A DNA stretch of 64,000 nucleotides from Eledone cirrhosa (GCA_964016885.1 OZ024740.1:152582001-152646000); one strand, 5' to 3'. Numbered from the stretch's first letter, positions 41,860-55,469 are shown. The notes: generated by a model not told the origin, from the letters alone. Numbers and translations: made by a program.

Positions 41860-42560
41860 CAGTGAGATCCTAAACTATGATCGACGCACAAGATCTATAG
41901 TGAGATTTAAGCAGATTAACGAAGATGACTTCAAATGCAGCAGACGTGCAGGTTAAGTAAGCACTGAAAGTACACGTGAAATAGAGCCCTTCAATTTCCA
42001 GGGAGGGTCCCAGGATTTGTTGACATATTTTCTTGACTACGTGAACTATTCAACAGGGAGTGTGGAGGATGCTCAGAAACTATAGTTTCCAGAATAAAAA
42101 TGGAATGGAAGACGTTTTGGGAGCTAGTGTCTCTGCTGACAACAAAGCTCTTCTCTCGACAAGAAGAGTGGATGTATGATGCTCGTTTGTGAACTGCAAT
42201 TCTACATGGCAGTAAATCCTGGGCATTGGTTGCAGAAGACAGGCAAAGGCTATAAAGAAATTAGACGGGTATGCTGCGGAGGATGTGTAATGTTAGTATG
42301 TATGTACGACATAACCAAAGTGAGCTGAGAGTAAAGCTGTGTATAAAACGATTCGGATGTAATATACAAAGACAAGACTACGATGTGTTTGTGATGAGTA
42401 TGAAAATAAATAGAGAAATCTCAGCGGATGGGATTCATAGAAGCGGTAAGTTTAGGACGACTTATGATGACGTAGAAGACCGATTGTAGCAAGCTTAATC
42501 TCACGACAGAAATGATAATGGACCGCAAGGATTTCTGACATGCAGTTCTGGAGAAGGCTC
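41860..42560 (+). mobile_element. RTE-like LINE 3' remnant
   Basis: MLRRMCNVS...ELRVKL resembles the post-RT region of RTE elements; heavily decayed. Confidence 0.5.
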
Positions 42561-42750
42561 GCATACCATCGCTCCGCCATCGTTATTTGCACCCTCAGTA
42601 TACAATCTACCTATATCTTATCCATGATCATCCCACCCTTTGAATCTTAACTCGCATGTCAGTTGTTTTCAACATCACAATACCTCCAATCTATATGAAA
42701 TCACCTACCCTTCCCTCTAATCATACCTGTGAAACTTCACGACCCATTTG

Positions 42751-42866
<116 letters not shown>

Positions 42867-43785
42867 ACTCACACACGGCCTCTCTCTCGGCCAGGCCAGA
42901 AAATACATCCCATCAACAGGAGTTTGGTGAATACATTTTAAATAACACTATTGCATAGACAACATAACCTTATTACCTAAGATGCTGCCCGATGATGCTG
43001 CGTAAGTGGTTGCATGATCACAGCTTCCCGTAGCCACGAATGCCATTGAAATATCTAACACAGCTGGTTATGAATAAAGGAACTATGAATATTTACATAT
43101 GACGTTCGTAATTATCATTATTTTATATATATATATACTACTTCCCAGATCAACAGCATAATACTAGCAAGGAGAAAAACACAAGACACAAATCTATCAT
43201 ATATTTGTCACATCATTTCTCTCTCAACATGAAAACCAATTTCCTATACCTTTCCAGGTAAAACACTCAATTCGTATTAAGTTTTTAAATCTGCTCCTTT
43301 AAATCTTCTAACTTTCAATCATATTAATATTGTTACAACCCTTTCTTAATTACATTCATATAACAAGTCACCCTCTTAATATTAACTTACTTCCTTTCAT
43401 AATTAACTTTATTTTCTTTCTCTAAAGTTCTCTTCCCCTTATTTACTAGAACTCTTTTGTTCTCAACCGGAAGCTCCTATCTATAGTCATTGGAAAGCGT
43501 GTCCTATTAATTATGATTCTTTGTACTCTTTATAGTGAAAATTGATTATGTACATCACCGCACTAACACTCACACATACACCCCCCACACCCACACACCC
43601 ACATATATATGTGTGTGTGTATGTGTGTGTGTGTGTGTGTGCATGTATATACTCAAGCTCTTTTAAGTATATATGTATATATGTGTAAGTGTATCAGCGT
43701 GCCTGCAAGCCTATTCACTAGAACAGATAAAACACTATCTCTCTACACACACACATGCATACGCGCACACACACACACATACTTA

Positions 43786-43821
<36 letters not shown>

Positions 43822-45304
43822 CATACATAAATGCGAAAGCATATGTAATTTTCAATGTTATACAGAGAACTGATCCGGTAGAGAGTTTATTCAACAATAT
43901 ATATAAACGCATTGAAAGTGTATAAATTCCTTTATTGCTGTATATATTTCCTTGCTGTTAATGGTTTAGTATCCATAACGTACAAATACTTTTTTACCTT
44001 CTAAAACATGCTATGTACAGTTTTATCCGTTTATATACGCAAATTTATTGCATGCTACTTTCATAAGAGTATATGCATATTCATCGAAGATGACTCTTTG
44101 TTCAGGGACAGTGAATTAAAATTTGCAGTATGCTCTACGATAATATTCCAGTCAAAGCATTTTATTTTCATTCATGAAATTACCTTAGCTGTGATGATCA
44201 GGTCTTCTTAGTAGGTTTAACTCGTTCGTTTTGATACTATCATCTGCCTACTACGTACCATAAGTGGGTATCCATTCACTTAAGATTATTCAGCCCCTTT
44301 CATATTCAACCTTTTTCATATTCTTCTGCGGTTTTCTTATATTTACTCTGGACACCAATCACAGTAATTTAAGAAAGCTTTCAGTGTTCATGAGCACTTC
44401 TTTCTGCTCTCCTGTTTAGCGCATACATATAGACACAATTTAAGAATGTTGCATAGATTAACAATGGTGGCTATCAAACAAATCTGTCTGGATTTATATA
44501 ATTTGCTATTACCTACTATCTGCTTTCTGGCAAGAAATATGATTTCTTTTTAAATACAGCCATGTTTTCATATTTAAATCTTAACGAAACATTGTTGCAG
44601 ATTTACAGTTATCATCTGTAGAGAATGAATTATTATGCTGTGTTTTTTTTTCGAAGATTAGTTCGGCTATACTTTGATCGAGACAGAATAGTAGCTGGAT
44701 AATCCTCTTACCTCATATGAGTGGAACTGTGTCGAAGAAGGTTGAGGAATATAAACGAAACGTGAATATAACAGGTATTGCGTATGTGTGTGAATTTTTA
44801 ATGACTAAAATGTCTCTTCCATGATTTAATTGGAGTAGAATTTAAGGTTTGGGATTCAAGATCCTAAGGTTGTGGCTTTGATTGGTGAGCCAGGCGGCAC
44901 AGCATGTTTTTGTGTGAGATCGTTCCTTTCAATTTTTTTTCTTTTTCGTTAGAGGATTAGGAACGCTATCATTAAAACAGCTGAAGCGCCTCCTATGGGA
45001 TAATTTCTTCTGTCGCAACGAACAGCTCTCAAATCAAGACAAAAATACTATATAGATAGTTGTCTTACTCCTCTGATAATAGATCAAAAAAACAAAAATA
45101 TGTTTTGACCTCTGCAGTCAATCGGGAAATATGTTATGGTTATTATTGTTGGTGTATAGTTATTCATAACTAGAGATCTTGTGGATAGCTAGAACAGCCT
45201 TTTATTTTATTTAGATGACATATATGGTAGATTAAGTTGCTATTTCTAGAGGGTCAACAGAAAATGTACATGTTCTCTTTGTATCTTTGTATGCATGTAT
45301 GTAT

Positions 45305-45481
45305 GCTCAAGCCGTTTTCGATGGCTATTTCTGGACGGCTATTCAGTCCAGAAATAGCCGTCGAGACGGCTTGAGCTCTGCCGTCGGGGTTGAACATTTT
45401 CCTACTACCCACTCTATTACCCTAAGTATTGAGTACTCTGGTGCGTAATGGTCCACCTGGTTCCTTACCACACTTCCTTCG

Positions 45482-45483
<2 letters not shown>
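45305..45483 (+). mobile_element. 5'-truncated pLTR-like unit with the 3' half of an HHR and a fold-back end
   Basis: gtccagaaatagccgtc-GAGA-cggc ttgagctct gccg-TC-gggg; 45305-45335 is the reverse complement of 45345-45376; homologous to 58040-58205. Confidence 0.6.
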
Positions 45484-45541
<58 letters not shown>

Positions 45542-45600
45542 CAAGGCTCTGATACCATCAACACCATAAACACAGAGCTGGCATATATAAGAACTGACTA

Positions 45601-45656
45601 ACTGCCTGATGAGGTCATAGCCATTCAATGGCTATCATCGAAATATATATAGAAGT
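45601..45656 (+). ncRNA. type I minimal hammerhead ribozyme
   Basis: actgc-CTGATGA-ggtcatagccat tca atggctatcatc-GAAA-tatata-TA-gaagt; same family as 4037-4093. Confidence 0.8.
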
Positions 45657-45666
45657 AAATAAAGGA

Positions 45667-45990
45667 TTATGAGTCCCACCATACCATGAATAGGTTAGCT
45701 ATGTCGCCTGCAATGCTAACACCAATGGCTGCACCCTCCTCTTGGGCATATGTTTTTCCATTAAATTTGAACATATGTTCCTTAAGGGTTAATTTTATAC
45801 TGGCCCCCACCGCATGTGCAATCATTTTCTTTAGTTCATCGTGGTTTTCGGGGGTCCGTATGGCTCTGGTCCACCCATTCCATCTATCTGTGTGGGTTTT
45901 CTTGGCCATTGAGGTAATGGTAGGTGGTCTGTCTCTTGCTGGTCTTGTAGGGCACAGGTTGCTAAGGTCATATGTATCTAGATAATCATT
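45667..45990 (-). pseudogene. PLE reverse transcriptase fragment (motif B' region)
   Basis: Open frame KKMIAHAVGASIKLTLKEHMFKFNGKTYAQEEGAAIGVSIAGDIANLFMVWWD, matching the PLE F.FNG..Y.Q..G.A.G...AN..M pattern. Confidence 0.8.
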
Positions 45991-47117
45991 ACTATAGGTA
46001 AGTTTAAGTAGAAAACATGAATGGAATAGCAACATCATAACTTACAATTAAGGACAAAATGAAAACACACATAGAACAAACAACCAACCAGTGACATGTA
46101 AATAAGCAAATAAATAAACAAATATAAACACACACAGACACCCGGATGTAACACATGCGCAAAGTAAGCACACAACACACACAAAAACAAGATGGCGTAG
46201 GACAGAACAAAGGAGAGGCACAAAAACAAAAGAAAAGAATCCCCAGTCATTGAAGAGGTCACAGAATATATGACGAAAGAACTTTGACAATATATGAACA
46301 ACCGTCCGGTTGTGGAACCAACCAACCAACCGGAAATTTATAAATTCTTAAATTTATAAATTTAATTTATAATAAATTGGAGTGAAAGCACTGGTGCGTG
46401 TGTTTCTTATTGGCAACATGACCCTCCCAAAGCATAACAATATCGGTTTCAACACACGTTTTCAGATAAAGAATCTTGCTAAACAAATTCAGAAACGAAA
46501 CTCTCTATATATAATATATATATTGAGAAACCCACAGATACATGCGGACACACACATATACATGAATATATCCACATCCATCCTTGAGTTAATGGTGCCA
46601 ACCTTAACCGATGTTGCTCTATGAATAACTGGGACAAACCAATCCGAATGGATTAGACTGAAATGTTTCTTCTCTCTTCATAATGTACTTTTAGTTCTGA
46701 TACTGGTTCAGTCTAATCCATTCGGATTGGTTTGTCCCAGTTATTCATAGAGCAACATCGGTTAAGGTTGGCACCATTAACTCAAGGATGGATGTGGATG
46801 TATTCATGTATATGTGTGTGTCCGCATGTATCTGTGGGTTTCTCAATATATTGTTCATAACTCCCTCTGGTCGAGTAATCTTTGAAGTGTAGTGACTGCT
46901 AGAAAGCTGCCATTACTCATACTTCTCGCCTCCTTAACCACCTCTTCTACGGATTCGATATAAATACCCCCTCCGCCTCCGTGGTATTGTTTTCGGGGTT
47001 ATAAGGGGCTTAGCTCTGTTTCTTGACCGTTGTATCACGTGACTGTCTCCCCCTCCGCCTTTTGGGATTCTTTCTCACGTCATATAGACGCGTTCTTGAG
47101 GCTAGTAAAACGAGGTA

Positions 47118-47207
47118 TCCTCTTGATAAGTTGGCAGACCTCGCAAAGGCTCTATATCTATATGATGTATTGTTTTTGTTTATGCCACGAAACTACGTAG
47201 TCGAGGA
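47118..47207 (+). ncRNA. type I hammerhead ribozyme, U3-A8 variant (unit 1)
   Basis: tcctc-TTGATAA-gttggcagac...gtttatgccac-GAAA-ctacgtag-TC-gagga. Confidence 0.78.
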
Positions 47208-47711
47208 ATCTATAAGCAGTTTAGGTATGATACATCTTATTACTAATTATATCTAAATGTTTCTTCTCTCTTCATAATGTACTTTTAGCTCTGATACTGG
47301 TTCAGTCTAATCCATTCGGATTGGTTTGTCCCAGTTATTCATAGAGCAACATCGGTTAAGGTTGGCACCATTAACTCAAGGATGGATGTGGATATATTCA
47401 TGTATATATGTGTGTCCGCATGTATCTGTGGGTTTCTCAATATATTGTTCATAACTCCCGCTGGTCGAGTAATCTTTGAAGTGTAGTGACTGCTGGAAAG
47501 CTGCCATTACTCATACTTCTCGCCTCCTTAACCACCTCTTCTACGGCTTCGATATAAATACCCCCTCCGCCTCCGTGGTATTTTTTTCGGGGTTATAAGG
47601 GGATTAGCTCTGTTTCTTGACCGTTTTATCACGTGACTGTCTCCCCCTCCGCCTTTTGGGATTCTTTCTCACGTCATATAGACGCGTTCTTGAGGCTAGT
47701 AAAACGAGGTA

Positions 47712-47801
47712 TCCTCTTGATAAGTTGGCAGACCTCGCAAAGGCTCTATATCTATATGATGTATTGTTTTTGTTTATGCCACGAAACTACGTAGTCGAGG
47801 A
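47712..47801 (+). ncRNA. type I hammerhead ribozyme, U3-A8 variant (unit 2)
   Basis: Same sequence as 47118-47207, offset by 594 bp. Confidence 0.78.
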
Positions 47802-47839
47802 ATCTAGAAGCAGTTTAGGTATGATAGATCTTATTACTA

Positions 47840-47908
<69 letters not shown>

Positions 47909-48193
47909 AAAAAAGGAAAAGAATGACTTCACTTGTAGTTATAAATTAATTTAATTTTATATTATAATTTTATAATTTGGTTTTGTATATCTAGGGGAGA
48001 TTTTTAAAGATTCCTCGTTAACTTTCCTGGAAAACTTTCTCCCGTTCTTCGGTGGCGATTGTCAAACTGAGATCAGGTTGTCGTGTGATGTGTGACTCTA
48101 TATATAAGAGATTTTGGTGTGTCTGGAAGGGGGGGGGGCTAATTTGTGTGGGAGTGGAGTGTTGATGAAGATTTAAAGGAATTAAAGCATATA

Positions 48194-48254
<61 letters not shown>

Positions 48255-48286
48255 TAAAATCAAAAGATGGTTAAAAGAGTTCCATG

Positions 48287-48357
48287 TATTTTATTATGCG
48301 CATTTCAAAAACAAATATCATCATGCAATAACATTTGTGTTTTCATCAGATAAAATA
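48287..48357 (-). ncRNA. hammerhead ribozyme (inverted copy)
   Basis: Reverse complement of 48421-48491. Confidence 0.85.
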
Positions 48358-48420
48358 GGAAGACATGATATGAAGGTTAAAAAACACTTGTGGATAGTGC
48401 AGTTTTAAATCAACATTTCC

Positions 48421-48491
48421 TATTTTATCTGATGAAAACACAAATGTTATTGCATGATGATATTTGTTTTTGAAATGCGCATAATAAAATA
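48421..48491 (+). ncRNA. type I hammerhead ribozyme
   Basis: tattttat-CTGATGA-aaacacaaatgttatt gcat gatgatatttgttttt-GAAA-tgcgca-TA-ataaaata; 8-bp stem I, palindromic stem III. Confidence 0.9.
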
Positions 48492-48614
48492 CATGGAACT
48501 CTTTTAACCATCTTTTGATCTTATATATTATGTATACTCCAGTCCTACAAACTATTGAGTGCTTCTTATCCGATATCTGCATTGTTTTATTTTACTACAA
48601 TAAAACTCACCTCC

Positions 48615-48657
<43 letters not shown>

Positions 48658-48839
48658 AATAGTGAATGGTAACAACAAGATAATTGATTAGGAGTGGATG
48701 TTTAAGGAGTGTGAAAGGAGTTGTAAAAGTGCCCTCTACCTAGTTCCATTTCAAAACCAAAATGTAAAACCATAATATTATAAAATTAAAATAAATTGTT
48801 TAGAACTACAAATGAAATCATTCTTTTCCTCTTTTTAAA

Positions 48840-49028
48840 TAATTGTTTCTACTTTAGGCACAAGGCCAGCAATTACCCAGTGCATTACTGGTACTTAATA
48901 TTATCGACCTCGTAAGGATGAAAGGCAAAGTCAACCTCGGCGGGATTTGAACTCAGATCGTAAAGGGACGTAACTATGCTGGAAAGCATGGCGTCCGACC
49001 CTCAACCGATACTGCCAATCGACCGCCC
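48840..49028 (-). mobile_element. tRNA-derived SINE (full length)
   Basis: Reverse complement of the family at 37265-37446. Confidence 0.82.
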
Positions 49029-49076
49029 TTTTTAAATAATATACCTAACTGTATCAAGGATTTCATACATTTTCAA

Positions 49077-49243
<167 letters not shown>

Positions 49244-49352
49244 ATTGTTATAATTTGGGAGAATCATGCTGCCAATAAAGAAACACACGCACCCCATCGT
49301 TTTCACTTCAATTAATTACAAATTTCCGGTTGGTTGGTTTAATAACCGGATG

Positions 49353-49620
49353 TCTTAAGTCTAAAGTCTGTCTTGGCCAGTGCATATCCCGGGTCCATGA
49401 CGTGAAGTAACTGAAAGTACAAGACTCCCCCTGGACAGGGAGCCAGTCCATCGCAGGGTTAAACCCTCAGCTATTGCTAGTATTCATTTCCATCTGAGTA
49501 TACTGGAGTAACGTGAAATGAAGTGTTTTGCTCAAGAACACAACACGCAACTGAGGAATCGAACCGACCACATTATGGCCGTACGTCCAACACCTTTACC
49601 ACTAGGCCACGTGCCTCCAC
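49353..49620 (-). mobile_element. tRNA-derived CORE-like SINE with 12-bp target site duplication
   Basis: aataaccggatg at 49341-49352 and 49621-49632; minus strand gtggcctagtggtaaagg (A box) and ggttcgattcc (B box). Confidence 0.85.
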
Positions 49621-50064
49621 AATAACCGGATGATTGTTTATTTATTGTCAAAGCTCTTTCATCACACATTCTGTGACCCCCACAGCGACTAATTTGTTAT
49701 TTTATGTCTATCCTTTGTTCTGTCCTACACCAGCTTGTTTTCGTGTGTTGTGTGATGTGTTCTTGGTTAGAGCATGCATTATATCCGAGTGTGTGTGTTT
49801 ATTTATTTATTCATACGTTTATTTTCTTGTCACTAGTTGGTTCCTTGTTCTATCTATGTGTGTTTTGTTTAGTTTATTAGTTTGGTTCTTGTGTGTATAT
49901 ATATGTCTTAAAAACATACAAAGACACACAAGAACCAAACTAATTAAGGACAAGATAAAGATGGCCTGCCTAAACTCTCGGTGGCTGATGCGGAGTACTG
50001 CGAAAAGTCAATAACAGCAGTCGCTATGCAGGAAGCCCTACTCGGCCATGCGAGACACAAATGA

Positions 50065-50200
50065 TAATAGCTTTGTCTTTCATCCTTGCGGGGTTGATAA
50101 AATAAAGCACCAATATTGTACTGGGGTCGATTTAATCGAATTTCCCCTCCCCCAAATTGCTGGCCTTATGCCAAATGTAGAAACAATTATTATTATTATT
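50065..50200 (+). mobile_element. SINE 3' part
   Basis: ctttcatccttgcggggttgataaaataaagcacc...tggccttatgccaaatgtagaaaca plus (ATT)n. Confidence 0.7.
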
Positions 50201-50226
50201 AGCAGCAGCAGTAGTAGCAGCACTAC

Positions 50227-50287
<61 letters not shown>

Positions 50288-50480
50288 TGCAGCTTATCAC
50301 ACGGCGCTCGTATTTAAATTAAAATATTGTTTTCTTTTTCAATCAATTATTTTGTTAGTTATGATTTATCTGTATTTTTTTTTTTCGTTTTTTTATTCAT
50401 CATCATCATCATCATCATCATTACCATCATCACCACCATCGTCATCATTATTATTATTATAATCATCATCATCATCACCA
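50201..50480. repeat. (AGT)n and (ATC)n trinucleotide repeats
   Basis: Direct reading. Confidence 0.9.
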
Positions 50481-50983
50481 ACAATGGCGGCAACTACTTG
50501 CTACCTAGTGAATCGAACGTAGAAGGCGTGTTTTTGAAAACGTTTTCTTTTATTTCTCGTTTTATTTTGTGTGTGATATAATGCGTTGTATTGCCTACTT
50601 GTTGAAGTATGTTTAGTCTGCGAGAAAGCTTGGTAACTTTCATGTTTAATGGAAGAGCTAGTGACATAACATTTAAAAACTCCCATATTTGCATCTGAAG
50701 TGGTAAAATATTACAACATTCATCTGAAGTACGTTCTACAAATTATGACATTGTAATATGTTGGGTAATTCTTGGCGAGTGTTTAAGTTTTATGGTTTGT
50801 ATAATATATCATTAATGTTAATTTTGCATGGGATATTATATATATATCATGTTCTTTTTATTCTAATTTGGTAATATATTTCTCTAGTACCATATAATAT
50901 ACATTAATATGATCTATATTATACCATATATATAGATACGAAATTCCAATACATATCTGTATACAACTATGCCTGAAGCTAAG

Positions 50984-51017
<34 letters not shown>

Positions 51018-51260
51018 ATCCATATTGTATTATATATGAATATATATATATTGATCCTATTGTATTATATATGAATATATATATATATATATAAACAAGC
51101 AAATTATAAATGTAAACATGTAAGTATGTTTTTGAAACGGTGCGCGAGTTTGAAAATTAGAAATTAGAAATTATAAGCTTTCACCGTATTTTAGACTAAA
51201 GAAATTTCTAGCCTGATAGTGGGGTTTATAACCCTCGGAGAAATGGAAAAAGATGAGTGT

Positions 51261-51330
51261 TGCCGTACATGGGAGTCGAACCCACATCTTTAGTTATTCA
51301 GACCACTGTGCTACCATTACACCAATACAC
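51261..51330 (-). pseudogene. tRNA-like sequence (tRNA-Gln(CTG)-like pseudogene or SINE head)
   Basis: Minus strand tggtgtaatggtagcac (D arm, A box), gtCTGaa loop, gtggg ttcgact cccat (T arm); acceptor and anticodon stems imperfect. Confidence 0.55.
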
Positions 51331-51780
51331 ATTAATACTAAAATATAAGTATTAATAAAATAGATGTTCTTTTGATCAATTACATTTTATAATACATATT
51401 TCGGATGTACAACAATACGTCCTCATCAGACAAAATATGTATCATTATATTTTGTCTGATGAGGACGTACTGTTGTATATATGTTGTAATATGGATCATA
51501 ATATAAGTATTAATAAAATAGATGTTCTTTTGATCAATTACATTTTATTATACATATTTCGGATGTACAACAGTACGTCCTCATCAGACAAAATATAATG
51601 ATACATATTTTGTCTGATGAGGACGTATTGTTGTACATCCGAAATATGTTTAATAAAATGTAATTGATCAAAAGAACATCTATTTTATTAATACTTATAT
51701 TTTAGTATTAATAACTCCAGAAAATTATTTTTTTCGTTGAGTGCTTCCAATCTACTGTAAAACTCATTCTTTGACATAAT
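51331..51780. mobile_element. array of alternating-orientation HHR units
   Basis: attttgt-CTGATGA-ggacgta(t/c)tgttgtacatcc-GAAA-tatgta-TA-ataaaat on minus at 51384-51436 and 51542-51594, on plus at 51607-51659, and partial on plus at about 51449-51480. Confidence 0.82.
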
Positions 51781-51804
51781 CATTGAATATTGTTTAACAC
51801 TTTA

Positions 51805-52030
<226 letters not shown>

Positions 52031-52120
52031 TACATGACTAGAAATGTTTCATTCGAAAGAAATCGTAAGGAAACTCCTGATGATTTCATACGCAAGATTC
52101 AGTTCTAGTCATGTAGAAGT
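52031..52120. other. two degenerate head-to-head HHR copies of the 26847/57864 family
   Basis: tacatgactagaa / ttctagtcatgta inverted arms; plus-strand CTGATGA and minus-strand gaatGAAAcat. Confidence 0.55.
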
Positions 52121-52339
52121 TATATAAAATAAAGATGCCTATATTCTACTAACGTAGTGACTACTTTTTTTAACTGTGATCACCTCCACTACCCATCAAG
52201 AATCCACCCGGGATCATATATATATACGTGTGTGTGTGTGTGTGTGTGTGTGCGTGTATGTGTGTGTACTACAACTCAGCTCTAAGCACCAGCGGCTTCT
52301 CCCAGAGAATCTCTTACTCTCCAGATCGCCGTCTGTATC

Positions 52340-52720
52340 TAGCAAGAAATAATCTAGGTATAAAGCCTAAACGTGCTCAACGATAAAACTAATGTCGGTA
52401 GAAAGTTCTTAGGACGTTTAGATTCACACTTCCCTGTAAGCCATAAATACCAGCAAACTTTTAACCGTCACACAGTGAAAATAGGCTATTCATGTGGTAT
52501 AAACATGAAATCTTACATAAGCAACAAGCGCAAAAGCCTTCTACCTTCGTGATGCTCATTCAGAAGTCCAAAGGCATGCCCGTTCGTCCAACAGTGCAGA
52601 AGTGACCTCCTCCAACCAGAACCACCTAACAGAAGCCTGTGTGTATGTAGGAAAAAGCCGTTTCCTGAATGACGAAACTACATTCAGATATCAAACAACG
52701 TGTGGAACCTCAGAGAAAAC
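52340..52720 (+). pseudogene. Naiad-like PLE linker remnant
   Basis: IKTNVGRKFLGRLDSHFPVSHKYQQTFNRHTVKIGYSC, homologous to 55910-56030. Confidence 0.72.
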
Positions 52721-53979
52721 GACACAGAAAACGACACAGTTATGAAAAATGAAATTTAATTTAATTTATGAAAAATGAAATTTAACAGAAAAGTGAAATT
52801 TACTCTCACAACTATCTTCTTAAGAACACTGGCTAAATACATTTTGGATTTTTTAAATCGATGTCCCTACGAAGAGAAATTCGTTATGAAGCAATGTTCT
52901 AGGCCAGACCAATGTTGTTTCCTCTTTGAACATGAGTTATCCCATTTTCTCTTGTTAGAATTACCTTCCTGACATATGTAAGGTTTACCTTAATTTTATT
53001 TATTTAACTAATTGGTATGTTCAGGATTTCCTGTCCTTAAAAATTTCCTGTTGTATCAAGAATCTCCCAGGAGGTACACCATTACAATATGGCAGACTGA
53101 ATGAGTTCGGATAACAACTCAACGAAGCTTCTTCCGGCCAACATACTTCTGGAAATTGGTTTCTGTCCATTGAGGAATTTTGCTCGACGCTATCATTGAC
53201 GCCATTTGGCTATTTCAACAGCTATTCTTGCGTTGATTTTTCTCATTTTTTTCATTATTCTGTGAATTCTAATATACTTGCGCTCCATCTCGGGGCAACA
53301 TTGTTTATATTATATATATATTATATTATATATAGAGAGAGAAAGAGGGGGGGTATAAATATATATAAAGGCAAAGAGGAAGTTAGAGAGCTCAATAAAA
53401 GCCATTGACATCTATAGATTTTTCATTTTTGCTTGTGTGTTCTTGTGTGTATGATTTTACCATGTACATGTGTTTAGATATCTATTGATGTGTTTAGACA
53501 TGCGATATTCATACTTATGGTTTTGAATGCGTTAACAAAAACACCTAATTTCAAGTTAAAGATTAAAAACAATGCAAAGATTTCAGTAAATAGAAAATGA
53601 AAAGTATCAAAGCAAAACATTATGAAATCATCACGTGATATCAAGCCGTTGATCCAAGTTTAACTTCCAAGTTCAAATGTAATGTTAACACGTCTTGGTG
53701 GAAAAATTATATACTGAATAACATATGAATTATATTACAGTTTTTGATAATAGACTTATTGTTATTAATAATATTCTTAAATACATTTCTTCGATTCAAT
53801 ATAATCTCTATAGCACTCCTCTTTCTTTCTCTCTCTCCCATGTATATATATATATTTACACAAACGCACACACACACACACACGCACGCACGCACGCACG
53901 CGCACATATATATGTATATATATATATATACACAAGTATATATATGTATAAGTATATATATATATACGTATATATAGGA

Positions 53980-54035
<56 letters not shown>

Positions 54036-54059
54036 TTACATATATATGTGTGTGTGTAA

Positions 54060-54098
<39 letters not shown>

Positions 54099-54454
54099 CA
54101 TATATATGTGTGTGTGTAAGTATATATATATATATATATATATATAATGCATTGCAGGTATTTTATGTTTATTTTCTTCTCTATATATTTCCTATTACGT
54201 CTTTGATACGACAGGAAGAATAGTCGAAATATTCTTGCAGATCTCTTCTTATTATTCTCTTCTTTTCTATACAAATTCCAACTTTCCACTGAAAACATTT
54301 CTATTTGTTTCCTCGCATATTTTTAAGCTTAATTTCTCACTTTTTTCTTTTATCTTGTCTTTTTCTTCTATTTTATTTCTTTATCTTCGCTTTTTTTCCT
54401 ATTAGTTCTTTTATTTTTGTATATTGTGTTTTTTGTCTTTTTAATTATTTCTTC

Positions 54455-54640
54455 ACTACCACGACCAATATCATTAGCATCACAATTACTATCTCAACAG
54501 CAGCAGCATAATCAACTACAATAACAATAACAACAACAGGTGCAGCAATAACAAGAGATATAACAGTAATAGCAACAACAATCTCAGCCAAAAACTTCTC
54601 ACATTAACATTATCAAAAAATCCTATCAACATCCCCGCCT

Positions 54641-54680
<40 letters not shown>

Positions 54681-55411
54681 AAACAACAATATCAACAAAT
54701 ACTGTATCTGCAGCCACATTAACAACAATAATATAAAATATTAACAAAGAAAACAAACAAATGCAACATCATCCTAAACAGAATTACATTATAACAACAT
54801 GTAGTCAAATAACAACACCTCAACTGCCATTATAACTGTATTAAATCCTTCACAACAACACCTTATTAACTACTATTATAACAGACTACAATATTAACAA
54901 CAATCCATGTCAATAAGACGTCACCTCAACATCTCTCATTATAACTACACTACATTCTTCACAATACTGCATTTACAACAGTCACTACCAACGCAACAAT
55001 ACCTCATCAACTATGATATTGCCATTACAATATACACCACTATCTCTGCCATATATAACAACATCTAAAAACAAAACATCATTATAATATACAACAGCAT
55101 TGACAACAATCCCTGTCCCAACATAAAAACACATTAATGGACACTATAACTACACTACATCCTGCATAAAAACGATCAATATAACAAAATACAACCTTCA
55201 CAACTTCCAGTATACCAATAGCACATCAAATCCCATTATAACTGCTCTATAGCGATCAAAGCAAACTCTTCTATCATAACAGCCATTAGGAATACAGTAT
55301 AAAGAATTACATCAGACAATCTTCAAGTCTCCTGTCATTCAAACCTCAACAGCCACGACTGCAATTTTACCCACCACAAATTAAAACTACAGCCACCACA
55401 CCTTTCTATCG

Positions 55412-55468
<57 letters not shown>
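54455..55468. repeat. A/C-rich low-complexity tract ending in (CTA)n
   Basis: Degenerate (AAC)n/(ACA)n; pure (ACT)n at 55412-55468. Confidence 0.8.

Positions 55469-55469
<1 letters not shown>

Larger units (their letters stand above)
46518..47845 (+). mobile_element. 594-bp tandem dimer with one HHR per unit, preceded by an inverted partial copy (retrozyme-like, non-autonomous PLE)
   Basis: Units 46661-47254 and 47255-47844 are near-identical; 46518-46662 is the reverse complement of about 46707-46851; ends in (TA)n. Confidence 0.82.

Noticed and set aside
47023-47949. Duplicated 77-aa and 110-aa ORFs in the 594-bp repeat
   Set aside because: Non-ATG (TTG) start, overlaps the ribozyme, no protein motif; conservation is explained by the recent duplication.
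51331-51715. CRISPR-like repetition
   Set aside because: Eukaryotic context, alternating orientation, no unique spacers and no cas genes.
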